This document shows, in pieces, positions 55,484 through 64,000 of a stretch of DNA of 64,000 nt. The DNA is taken from positions 59,131 through 123,130 of the forward strand of contig JAGKWR010000002.1 in the NCBI GenBank assembly GCA_021151765.1. The letters run 5' to 3'. Position 1 is the stretch's first letter. Each line of letters starts with the position of its first letter. The DNA comes from Alphaproteobacteria bacterium. GTDB lineage: Bacteria > Pseudomonadota > Alphaproteobacteria > Rickettsiales > UBA1997. The position numbers were made by a program, and so were the translations under genes. Below the pieces are notes generated by a model, which saw only the letters and a program-made list of their open reading frames with translations, did not search any database and was not told the DNA's origin.

Positions 55484-56647
55484 TTAAATCATCTTAAGAT
55501 TTCCGTAATCAACATCGCGGTGATATTTGCGTTTGGTGAAAGCCAAAATCAAACCAAAACAAATCGCTGTCGACATCATAGAAGAACCGCCGTAGCTGAT
55601 GAAAGGCAAAGTCATTCCTTTGGTTGGCAACAACTTCATACTAACGCCAATATTTACCACAACCTGCATGGTAAACTGCGTCATCAAACCGCACAAAGCC
55701 AAGAAAATGAAAGAATCTTCTTCTTCCAAAGCACGTTTGACGATGCGTGTGATTAAATAAGCGAAAATTACGATGATGATGATGCAGGCCAAAATGCCGT
55801 ATTCTTCACCAACAACGGCGAAAATAAAATCGGTGTGCGCATCGGGAATAAATTTCTTCACCACGCCGTTACCAGGGCCAGTTCCAAAAAATGAACCGTT
55901 GACGAAAGCGTCGAGCGATCTTTCAACTTGGTAATTTTTACCGTCCGAATCCGTAAATTTATTGATACGATCTGCAACGTGCGGAAAAACAAAATATGCA
56001 CCAAATCCGCCCAAAACAATAGCCACGCCAATCGCGCCAATAATAAATAATGGCAAACCGTAAGCAAAAACTTGCACCAACCACAAGGCTGTGAATGTTA
56101 GCGTCATACCGAAATCTGGCTGTTTCAAAAGCAAAGCGATAATCACCAAATATAAACCAAAGGAGAAACCATATTTGCGCCACCATTCATCAGCGTCAAA
56201 GCGTTGGAAAATATAGGCGTTGGCAATAACAAAAAATGCTTTAGCAAATTCTGAAGGCTGCAAAGTAAAGCCTCCGAGCGAGATCCATCTTTTTGCACCT
56301 TTAGCTTCTGATCCGAAAAACAAAACCATCACCAGCAAAACAATCACAACAGCAAGGCCGGAGAACGAAAAAAACTTAATTCTTTCTTGATCCAGAAACG
56401 AAATCGAAACCAATAATCCCACCGAAATAATCGCAAAAATTATTTGTTTTTTGAGGAAGAAAAATTTCTCAACATCAATTCTTTTAGCAATCGCCGGACT
56501 AGAGCTGGCTGTCATCATCAAACCAAAAACAATAATTCCGATTACGATTAAAAAATTGATTTTGTCGATATCAATCCACCATTTCTTGATTAGATTCATG
56601 TTGCGGCGATCGAAAGGGCGATTTGCTTTAATGTCCCAACTATCCAT
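55484..56647 (-). CDS. SEDS-family peptidoglycan glycosyltransferase (FtsW/RodA)
   Basis: 387 aa. About 10 TM segments, PDAHTDFIFA and LPTKGMTLPFISYGGSS. FtsW and RodA cannot be told apart from context. Confidence 0.85.
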   Translation of the reverse strand: MDSWDIKANRPFDRRNMNLIKKWWIDIDKINFLIVIGIIVFGLMMTASSSPAIAKRIDVEKFFFLKKQIIFAIISVGLLVSISFLDQERIKFFSFSGLAVVIVLLVMVLFFGSEAKGAKRWISLGGFTLQPSEFAKAFFVIANAYIFQRFDADEWWRKYGFSFGLYLVIIALLLKQPDFGMTLTFTALWLVQVFAYGLPLFIIGAIGVAIVLGGFGAYFVFPHVADRINKFTDSDGKNYQVERSLDAFVNGSFFGTGPGNGVVKKFIPDAHTDFIFAVVGEEYGILACIIIIVIFAYLITRIVKRALEEEDSFIFLALCGLMTQFTMQVVVNIGVSMKLLPTKGMTLPFISYGGSSMMSTAICFGLILAFTKRKYHRDVDYGNLKMI

Positions 56648-56748
56648 AATTTTAATTTACGATTTATGATTTGTGATTTAAAAATCTGATTATCTCAAAA
56701 CAAAATCCTAAAAGTTAAATCCTAAATCTTAAATCATAAATTTTTCTC

Positions 56749-58158
56749 ATGTCTAAAACTTCCTCGAACAAAATGTGGGGCGGCAGATTTGATGCTAAAC
56801 CGTCTGACCTGATGCAAGAAATAAATCAATCAATCACTTTTGACAAAAAGCTCTACAAGCAAGACATTAAAGGCTCGACAGCTCACGCAAAAATGTTGGT
56901 AAAAGCCGGAATTTTGACGCCAGCCGAAAGCAAAAAAATTATTGATGGTTTGAAGAAAATCGAAAAAGAAATCGAAAGTGGAGAGTTTAATTTCAAAATC
57001 GAGCTCGAAGATATTCACATGAATATTGAATCACGTTTGCGCGAAATTATTGGCGACGTAGCCGGAAAATTGCACACCGCACGTTCGCGCAACGACCAAG
57101 TTGCCGTTGATTTCCGCCTTTTTGTACGCGACGAAATCGATGCAGTTTTAGAATTGATTAAAGATTTACAAAAAAATTTGGTCCAAAAAGCTGATGAGAA
57201 TTTCGGCGTAATTTTACCGGGATTCACCCATTTACAAGTAGCGCAGCCTGTTTTGTTTTCGCATCATTTGTTGGCTTACTTTGAAATGTTCAAACGCGAC
57301 GCTTCACGTTTACAAGATTTGCGCGTGCGCATGAATGAATGTCCTTTAGGCGCTTGTGCCTTGGCTGGAACTTCTTTTCCAATTGATCGTAATTTCACCG
57401 CCACAGAACTAGGTTTTGATCGCCCAACTGCGAACTCGATGGATTCAGTTTCTGATCGCGATTTCGCCATCGAATATTTGTTTTGCTTATCATTGATCGC
57501 CACTCACTTGTCACGTTTCGCTGAAGAAATTGTGATTTGGATGAGTAAAGGTTTTGAGTTCATCAAACTTTCTGACGCTTTTACTTCTGGTTCTTCAATC
57601 ATGCCGCAGAAGAAAAATCCGGACGCTGCAGAATTAGTTCGTGGCAAATCTGGTCGAATTTTTGGCTCAACGATTTCGCTTTTAACCACAATTAAAGGCC
57701 TCACGCTGACTTATTCCAAAGACATGCAAGAAGACAAAGAACCAGTTTTTGACGCTTCGGAAAATTCACGCCTTTGTTTACGCGCAATGTCTGGAATGAT
57801 CGCTGACATGAAAGTAAATAAAGAACAAATGTTCAAAATGGCTGGCGGCGGCTATTCAACTGCAACTGATTTGGCTGATTGGTTGGTAAAAAATTTGAAA
57901 ATGCCATTTCGCGATGCACATCACGTTACCGGCACAATCGTTAAACTAGCTGAAACTAAAGGACTCGATCTTCATCAACTTAAACTTGCAGAAATGCAAA
58001 AAGTTGAAAAACGCATCACCTCCAAAATTTTCGACGTACTTTCTGTAGAAAATTCAGTTGCCAGCCGCACCTCAATTGGCGGTACTGCGCAAGCTCGAGT
58101 AAAAGAAGAAATCGCAAAAGCGAAAAAGTTTTTGAACAAAAAGAAAGGTGAAAAATAA
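56749..58158 (+). CDS. argH: argininosuccinate lyase
   Basis: 469 aa. [16 protein letters not shown] and [12 protein letters not shown]. Confidence 0.95.
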   Translation: MSKTSSNKMWGGRFDAKPSDLMQEINQSITFDKKLYKQDIKGSTAHAKMLVKAGILTPAESKKIIDGLKKIEKEIESGEFNFKIELEDIHMNIESRLREIIGDVAGKLHTARSRNDQVAVDFRLFVRDEIDAVLELIKDLQKNLVQKADENFGVILPGFTHLQVAQPVLFSHHLLAYFEMFKRDASRLQDLRVRMNECPLGACALAGTSFPIDRNFTATELGFDRPTANSMDSVSDRDFAIEYLFCLSLIATHLSRFAEEIVIWMSKGFEFIKLSDAFTSGSSIMPQKKNPDAAELVRGKSGRIFGSTISLLTTIKGLTLTYSKDMQEDKEPVFDASENSRLCLRAMSGMIADMKVNKEQMFKMAGGGYSTATDLADWLVKNLKMPFRDAHHVTGTIVKLAETKGLDLHQLKLAEMQKVEKRITSKIFDVLSVENSVASRTSIGGTAQARVKEEIAKAKKFLNKKKGEK

Positions 58159-58159
58159 A

Positions 58160-58303
58160 ATGAGCAGAATTTTTATCGTAATTTTGGTTTTATCCTGCGC
58201 CCTCACCTCCTGCGGCCGCAAAGGACCTTTAACTTATCCCGAAGGACAAAAACGGCCAAAATTCGATAAAATTTCTGATGAAATGACCAAGCCGGTGAAG
58301 TAA
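58160..58303 (+). CDS. small lipoprotein, LptM/YifL-like
   Basis: 47-aa ORF below the track cutoff: MSRIFIVILVLSCALTSCGRKGPLTYPEGQKRPKFDKISDEMTKPVK. Lipobox LTSC followed by G-x-KGPL-x-YP, like E. coli YifL (GCGLKGPLYFP). It sits directly after argH, the usual position. Confidence 0.6.
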   Translation: MSRIFIVILVLSCALTSCGRKGPLTYPEGQKRPKFDKISDEMTKPVK

Positions 58304-58585
58304 AGAAGCATAGTGATTTAAACAGTCCGTCAACTTACCTTGCGGGCGATGCCTTCAAGATCAAAACAAAAACAAGTGCGGAAGTGATTACAAAAACGCA
58401 AAGGTGAGGAATTAAAAATCCTATATTTCTTGCGTAAGAGCGCTGAGACCGACAAGAGACTAGATATGATTGAAATAACCATCAAAACAGTTGATGAAAA
58501 TTTCAAAAATGCACTTCTTAAAAATTTGTTTGGCTAAACAAGGAATGAATAAGATGATTTTTAAAAACTATTCGATGTCCTCGGT

Positions 58586-59095
58586 TTGTTTGATTATAAA
58601 AAGGGTTTTCCACTTACTAAAAGTGAATTAGAAGGTATTGATAAAAGACTAAAATCTGAAGTTGAAAAAGGTAGTTTAAGAAGTGATCAAGTCGACAGAC
58701 GAAGACTTATAGAAGCTAATGCTATTGTGGGATCTAAAATAGAAGAGCAATTTGAAGAAGAGTTTTCAGAAAAAAAAGAGAATGTTGCAATCAATTTAGA
58801 TTACGATTCAAACCGTAAAATTTCTGGTCGTATTATTCTTTCAAGAAAAGATCAAACAAAGCTCGAAAAAATTACTACAAAGCATTTAGATATTATGGAT
58901 GTAGCATTCCATAATGCTTTATCTCATTCTGAAGTTAGAGATATTTATTCAGCAGCAAAGAGCGAGTTTGCAGATCAGTCTGTTTTGAAAGATGGTGGTT
59001 GGAATAAATTAGAAGGTTTTACAGAACGTGCTTTCAAAATCAGAATTGATCAACAAATAGAAGACTCAAAAACTTTGGGAGGTCAAAGCAAATAA
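58586..59095 (+). CDS. hypothetical protein (TTG start; possibly 5'-truncated or frameshifted)
   Basis: 169 aa, charged and helical. AGA/ATA-rich codons. A short ATG ORF (MNKMIFKNYSMSSV...) runs into it in another frame. Confidence 0.4.
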   Translation: MFDYKKGFPLTKSELEGIDKRLKSEVEKGSLRSDQVDRRRLIEANAIVGSKIEEQFEEEFSEKKENVAINLDYDSNRKISGRIILSRKDQTKLEKITTKHLDIMDVAFHNALSHSEVRDIYSAAKSEFADQSVLKDGGWNKLEGFTERAFKIRIDQQIEDSKTLGGQSK

Positions 59096-59625
59096 TGAAA
59101 GTTGATTTTGCCAAATTACGTAACCAATTAAAATATCTCACCTTTGATGATATTGAGGATAGTTATGGACTTGGTTTTAATGCTATAAAAGGAGCACTAT
59201 GTTCTAGAATTTGTAGCTACTTAACAACAAAGTCTTTATCAAAAGAGGAGGTAGACCAATATTTCAAAAACGCTTTGAATTTAGAGAGAGAGCTTGATCC
59301 ATCAGGAATGAATGAAGTAGAAAAAAGTATATATGATATGGTACGAGATCCCAAAAAGATAAAGTATGTTTTAGGCTATAAAGACATAGATCCAGACCTA
59401 ACAGAACAACAACAAGAAGCATTTAGGAATTGTGTTAGAGAATTATATCCAAGAATGACTGAAGCAGCTCAAGCTACAAAAGAAAGATTGGAAATGTCTG
59501 AACAACCGAGATTAGAGGCAAGAGAAGAGACACAAGAAGAGCCGAGAAAACAAGTAAGATGGGCAGATAGATTTCCACGAAAAGATCAATCAAATTCTGG
59601 TGTTATTGCTGTTGGCAACAAATAG
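59095..59625 (+). CDS. hypothetical protein
   Basis: 176 aa. The start overlaps the upstream stop by 1 nt (TAATG). No family recognised. Confidence 0.45.
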   Translation: MKVDFAKLRNQLKYLTFDDIEDSYGLGFNAIKGALCSRICSYLTTKSLSKEEVDQYFKNALNLERELDPSGMNEVEKSIYDMVRDPKKIKYVLGYKDIDPDLTEQQQEAFRNCVRELYPRMTEAAQATKERLEMSEQPRLEAREETQEEPRKQVRWADRFPRKDQSNSGVIAVGNK

Positions 59626-59917
59626 TATTTTTAAGGTACTGTGATGCCTTTAAAATCGAGGGTAACGCGCAACCCCGCGACATTTTTAGCGGCAAAATTT
59701 TTAAAAGGGTGCGCACCTATTTTATACTCATTATTTTTTTCAATAAAAATCCTAAAAAGTATTTTTAGCACAATTCTGAGGCTAATTTGCGACTAACAAT
59801 TAAGTAACATATCTATCAAATCGATACTCAAAATTTCCGTATAATCTGGGATAGTTTTTTGATACATTGGAAATAATTGGATGTTGCTAACTAAGCAAAA
59901 AGTTAAATTTCATAAAA

Positions 59918-60535
59918 TTAATTAATTTCTTTAATGATGCTTTTAACTTGCACTACAGTTTGATCCTTTGATTTCGAGGTGTCCACAACAAAATCTGCCT
60001 GATTTTTTCTTTCCAAATTACTCAATTGTTTAGCAATTATTTGATCGAATTTTTTTGCTAAATTTATCTTCTCGGCGGCGAAGTTTTGCGGGTTTAATTG
60101 GCGCGCACGCGCTAAAAATCTTTTTTTGCGAATTGAAGGAGATGCCAAAATTGCCACAACGTAATCACATTCATAAGCTTTAGTTTCAAGGAGCAGCGGA
60201 ATATTCAAAATCGCTAATTTCTTACACTCTTTTTGTGCTTGCGACAAAAATTGTAGATAATTTTGACGTACTTTTGGATGCAAAATTTCTTCTAAAATGC
60301 GCAATTTGTTTTGATCGGAAAAAACAATTTTACCCAAAATTTTACGATCAATTTTATTATCAATAAAACTTTCTGGAAAATGTTTTTGAACTTGCGCAAT
60401 CGTTGTTAAATCTGATTGCAAGAGCTTGTGAACTTCTTTATCAGCATCAAAAACAGCGGCACCATTTTGGGCGAAAATCTCGGCTACAAAGTTTTTTCCC
60501 GAAGCAATTCCTCCTGTCAAACCGATGATTTTCAC
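59918..60535 (-). CDS. coaE: dephospho-CoA kinase
   Basis: 205 aa. IIGLTGGIASGKN P-loop. Confidence 0.9.
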   Translation of the reverse strand: MKIIGLTGGIASGKNFVAEIFAQNGAAVFDADKEVHKLLQSDLTTIAQVQKHFPESFIDNKIDRKILGKIVFSDQNKLRILEEILHPKVRQNYLQFLSQAQKECKKLAILNIPLLLETKAYECDYVVAILASPSIRKKRFLARARQLNPQNFAAEKINLAKKFDQIIAKQLSNLERKNQADFVVDTSKSKDQTVVQVKSIIKEIN

Positions 60536-60563
60536 GTAGTTTCGCTGTTTTTTGATGATTAAA

Positions 60564-61997
60564 TTAGTTTTGCAATTCAGCAGGAATTGTTGCCTGACAA
60601 AATTCTAACTGTTTTTTTAAGCTATTTTTTAGTTCTTTGAGATTTTTCAATGAATTGGCTTCTGCGCGCGCAACCAAAACTGGTTGAGTATTTGAAGCAC
60701 GAATCAACCACCAACCGTTCTCTTCATTGACACGAATTCCATCAACATCGTTAAATTGCAAACCCGATTTTTTCAAACTTTCTTTCAATTCTTCAACGAT
60801 TTGGAATTTACGTTCTTCACTGCAATCAATTCTGATTTCTGGAGTTGAGAAAGTTTTCGCCATTGATTTACGCATCGCAAACAAACTTTCTTTTGATTCA
60901 GCAACAATGTTGATAATTCTGATCGCGGCGTAAAGCGCGTCGTCAAAACCATAATATTTATCAGCAAAGAAAATGTGACCCGACATTTCACCAGCCAACG
61001 GCGCTTTGGTTTCTTTCATTTTAGCTTTTACCAAAGAATGTCCGGTTTTCCACATCAAAGGTTTGCCGCCAGCTTTCGCGATTTCTTTGAACAAAACGTC
61101 GCTAGCTTTGACGTCAGCAATGATTGTTGATCCACGTTTTTTTGCCAAAATTTCACGAGCGTAAAAAACCATCAATTGGTCGCCCCACAAAATTTCACCT
61201 TTATTGTCCATAACGCCGATGCGATCGCCGTCGCCGTCAAAAGCAATTCCAAGGTCGCATTGTTGTTCGATTACAACTTTTTTCAAATCTGCCAAATTTT
61301 TCGGAACTGTAGGATCAGGATGATGATTTGGGAAAGTGCCATCAATTTCAGAATAAAGTAAAATATGCTCAGAAGCGATGCGTTCAGTTAAACGAATCAT
61401 CACGTTGCCAGCAGCGCCGTTGCCGTTATCCCAAGCAATACGCAATTCTTTTTTTGGTTTGAATTCGTCAATTTCGTCAAGCAAATGGCTTTCGCTTTGC
61501 GCTAAAATACAATCATCAAGCAAGCGTTCTGCGTATTCTTCTTCAACTTCAACATTTTGAATTGAACCTTGTTCGTTAACGAAATCAGAGGCAGCGGCAA
61601 TTTTTCCGACGTTCAGAATGTCATCTCCGTAGAACGGACGCTCTTTGAGCATAATTTTAAAACCGTTATGATCTTTTGGATTATGCGATCCTGTAACCAT
61701 AATTCCGGCGTCTTGCTCTAAATGATAAACTGAGAAATATAGCATCGGAGTTGGGCCAACACCAACATCAGTAACATCCAAACCAGATTCCATCAAGCCG
61801 CGAATCAATTCAGCTTTCAAAGCCGGAGAACTCACGCGTCCGTCACAAGCAACTGATATTTTCTTTTTGCCATTTTTACGCAAAAAAGAAGCAAAAGCTT
61901 TGCCGACAAAAAATGCATCTTTATCAAAAAGAGTTTGACCATAAATACCACGAATATCGTAAGCGCGAAGGATTGATGAGTGAAAGTTATGTGACAT
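60564..61997 (-). CDS. phosphomannomutase/phosphoglucomutase
   Basis: 477 aa. TGSHNPKDHNGFK, FDGDGDRIGV and GEMSGH. Confidence 0.9.
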   Translation of the reverse strand: MSHNFHSSILRAYDIRGIYGQTLFDKDAFFVGKAFASFLRKNGKKKISVACDGRVSSPALKAELIRGLMESGLDVTDVGVGPTPMLYFSVYHLEQDAGIMVTGSHNPKDHNGFKIMLKERPFYGDDILNVGKIAAASDFVNEQGSIQNVEVEEEYAERLLDDCILAQSESHLLDEIDEFKPKKELRIAWDNGNGAAGNVMIRLTERIASEHILLYSEIDGTFPNHHPDPTVPKNLADLKKVVIEQQCDLGIAFDGDGDRIGVMDNKGEILWGDQLMVFYAREILAKKRGSTIIADVKASDVLFKEIAKAGGKPLMWKTGHSLVKAKMKETKAPLAGEMSGHIFFADKYYGFDDALYAAIRIINIVAESKESLFAMRKSMAKTFSTPEIRIDCSEERKFQIVEELKESLKKSGLQFNDVDGIRVNEENGWWLIRASNTQPVLVARAEANSLKNLKELKNSLKKQLEFCQATIPAELQN

Positions 61998-62001
61998 TTT
62001 T

Positions 62002-62787
62002 CTAGTTAGTTATGTTAATTTTTCCTGTTGTTGGCGAAGAAGCTGAGGCAAATTTTTTCTTATCCATTCTGCCGGCTAAATAACCTGCTCTACCTGCTTC
62101 AATTGCCAATTTCATAGCATGAGCCATCAGAACCGGATTTTTGGCTTTAGCAATTGCCGTATTCATTAAAACGCCATCACAGCCAAGCTCCATGGCGATC
62201 GCAGCATCAGATGGAGTTCCGACACCAGCATCAACTAAAACCGGAACCTTTGATTGCTCGATAATAAATTCGATATTCAAACGATTTTGAATACCAAGAC
62301 CAGAACCAATTGGCGCTGCTAAAGGCATAATCGCGCAACAACCGATATCTTCTAATTCTTTTGCTACAATTGGGTCGTCAGACGTGTAAACCATCACATC
62401 AAAACCATCTTTGATCAACAATTCCGCGGCTTTGATGGTTTCAACAACTTTTGGATAAAGTGTTTTTTCATCAGCCAAAACTTCTAATTTAACCAAATTC
62501 CAACCACCAGCGGCGCGAGCCAAACGCAAAGTACGCACAGCATCTTCCGCGGTAAAACAGCCTGCAGTGTTGGGTAAATAAGTGTATTTGTTTGGATCAA
62601 CAAAATCTTGCAGCATCGGTTCGCCTTTCTTTTCAATATTAACGCGACGAACAGCAACGGTAACTATTTCAGCTCCAGAGGCTGCAATAGCATCTTTGGT
62701 TTCTTGAAAATCTTTGTATTTGCCTGTGCCAACTAAAAGGCGAGAAGTGAATTTGCGGCCTGCAACGGTGAAGAAATCGGGAGTCAT
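62002..62787 (-). CDS. thiG: thiazole synthase
   Basis: 261 aa. [28 protein letters not shown] and [11 protein letters not shown]. Confidence 0.95.
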   Translation of the reverse strand: MTPDFFTVAGRKFTSRLLVGTGKYKDFQETKDAIAASGAEIVTVAVRRVNIEKKGEPMLQDFVDPNKYTYLPNTAGCFTAEDAVRTLRLARAAGGWNLVKLEVLADEKTLYPKVVETIKAAELLIKDGFDVMVYTSDDPIVAKELEDIGCCAIMPLAAPIGSGLGIQNRLNIEFIIEQSKVPVLVDAGVGTPSDAAIAMELGCDGVLMNTAIAKAKNPVLMAHAMKLAIEAGRAGYLAGRMDKKKFASASSPTTGKINITN

Positions 62788-62848
62788 TTTATCTGATTTT
62801 GATTTTGCCGAATAAAATTTTTATCCGGCAAATGTTCGAAAATAGAAA

Positions 62849-63604
62849 TTAGAATCTATTTGAGAAAGCAGTTACTAAGAACAACACAAAAGGTGCCGTC
62901 AACATCATACCGTCAAGACGGTCAAGGATTCCGCCGTGACCAGGAATAATGTTGCCAGAATCTTTTACGCCAAAAGTTCTTTTAAATTTAGATTCCAATA
63001 AATCGCTGGCTTGTTCAACAATTGCCAAAACGATGCTAAAAAATACGAAGAAGAAAATTCCACCACGGAACATGAAAGCGCTGATGAAACCAATAATCAT
63101 GCTGGCCACAATACCGCCAGCCAAACCTGTCCAAGTTTTGTTCGGACTAATTTCTGGAGCAAGTTTTGGTCCGCCGAAAGTTTTTCCAGAAAAGAAAGCG
63201 AAAATATCAGTCGACCAAATTACGGCGAACATCCACAATAAAATATTGGAATCGCGCATTCTAAGTTCCAGAACGCAATACATCGGAATGGCGATATAAG
63301 CCAAACCAATTAAACGCCATTTTTTTTGATCTTGTGATGATTTTATCAAGTCTAACCATTCTGCAGTCATCAAAATAGTGATTACGATGGCGAAGAAGAA
63401 GAACAAACTTTTAGAAGCACAAATTGCGTAAACTGCCAAAGGCACTAAAATTACGGCACTAATAACTCTCTGTTTAGTGTTGTCTGATGGATCAAGTTCG
63501 TCTATTTTAGCAATCAATTTGCCAAATAATTTGTTCACGATGCCATTGGCTTTAGTGAAGATTTTTTTTGCGCCATCAAGATGTTTTTCGTTATCTTTTA
63601 CCAT
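62849..63604 (-). CDS. cdsA: phosphatidate cytidylyltransferase
   Basis: Signature SDLLESKFKRTFGVKDSGNIIPGHGGILDRLD. Start placed at Met33 (63604) because the upstream part of the track ORF overlaps the uppS 3' end. Confidence 0.9.
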   Translation of the reverse strand: MVKDNEKHLDGAKKIFTKANGIVNKLFGKLIAKIDELDPSDNTKQRVISAVILVPLAVYAICASKSLFFFFAIVITILMTAEWLDLIKSSQDQKKWRLIGLAYIAIPMYCVLELRMRDSNILLWMFAVIWSTDIFAFFSGKTFGGPKLAPEISPNKTWTGLAGGIVASMIIGFISAFMFRGGIFFFVFFSIVLAIVEQASDLLESKFKRTFGVKDSGNIIPGHGGILDRLDGMMLTAPFVLFLVTAFSNRF

Positions 63605-64000
63605 ATCGCCTCTCTCTTTTGTTAAATTGATTAATTGCTTGCAGTAAATCTTTTTTGCCAAAATCTGGCCAAAAAACTTCTGTAAAATAAAGCTCGGCAT
63701 AAGCCGCTTGCCACAATAAAAAATTGCTAAGTCTCACATCACCAGCGGTTCTGATCAGAAGATCTGGATCAGGAATTTCTGGATGATATAAATTTTGTGA
63801 CAAATAAGTTTCTGTGATTTGTTCCAAGCTAATTTTGGCTTCACTAACTGCAAGGCTTATCTTCTTTACCGCGTCAACAATTTCTTGTCGCGAGCCATAA
63901 CTAAAGGCTACGTTTAGAGTTAAAGATTGATTATTTTTTGTTAATTCTTCCAGAACTTGAATCTTGTTTTTGGTGCTTTGTGGTAAAAGTTGTAAATTTC
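63591..64000 (-). CDS. uppS: undecaprenyl-diphosphate synthase (3' part; 5' end runs off the window)
   Basis: DLLIRTAGDVRLSNFLLWQAAYAELYFTEVFWPDF...RERRYGKR*. Hand translation upstream of the track ORF continues in frame (...LTLNVAFSYGSRQEIVDAVKKI...) to the window edge. Confidence 0.9.
   Translation of the reverse strand, partial: NLQLLPQSTKNKIQVLEELTKNNQSLTLNVAFSYGSRQEIVDAVKKISLAVSEAKISLEQITETYLSQNLYHPEIPDPDLLIRTAGDVRLSNFLLWQAAYAELYFTEVFWPDFGKKDLLQAINQFNKRERRYGKR

Noticed and set aside
59626-59917. Small RNA or short ORF in the GC-richer patch (GAGGGTAACGCGCAACCCCGCGAC...AAGGGTGCGCACC)
   Set aside because: I found no match to any RNA family I can recognise (SRP, 6S, tmRNA), no convincing hairpin-terminator pair, and a roughly 50-codon ORF with no supporting features. 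It is left unannotated and mentioned only as part of the 58.3-59.9 kb islet.
62788-62848. TPP riboswitch upstream of thiG
   Set aside because: The 61-nt spacer holds only the cdsA terminator-like hairpin (GCCGAATAAAATTTTTATCCGGC). There is no CTGAGA/ACCTGA-type TPP riboswitch core.

Overview
AT-rich, gene-dense bacterial window with about 60 protein genes, one tRNA and the RNase P RNA. All calls rest on motif recognition and hand translation; no database search was run. The core genes are an alpha-type AspRS (starts MHKYRTHNC), a class I LysRS, virB3, Lpt/KdsA/BamD envelope genes and RNase J. Together with Rickettsia-style palindromic elements and ankyrin-repeat proteins, they suggest a Rickettsiales/Holosporales-like intracellular alphaproteobacterium. 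This taxon is an inference. Housekeeping blocks are interrupted by accessory islets whose spot-checked codons differ (AGA/AGG Arg and ATA Ile, versus CGT/CGC and ATT/ATC in core genes). Main observations: (1) alaS is split into two intact ORFs about 29 kb apart and in permuted order. The C-terminal 603 aa lie at 7027-8838 and the N-terminal catalytic 261 aa at 37778-38563. (2) The N fragment sits in an rnpB-centred islet between trpS and lysS. There the rnpB 5' end is repeated on both sides of an ankyrin gene, and the rnpB 3' end plus terminator is tandemly repeated about 2.4 times. (3) A 1960-aa protein with roughly 100 cysteines lies beside tRNA-Gly and has Sushi/CCP-like modules. (4) Two paralogous prepilin-signal + LamG proteins are present. 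One is fused to a Cys module and a glycine-rich domain and has strongly G-skewed composition. (5) Smaller items: an isolated virB3, a decayed yoeB-like toxin, and palindromic elements bracketing rnj and abutting the alaS break. No CRISPR array, rRNA, transposase or integrase was seen.
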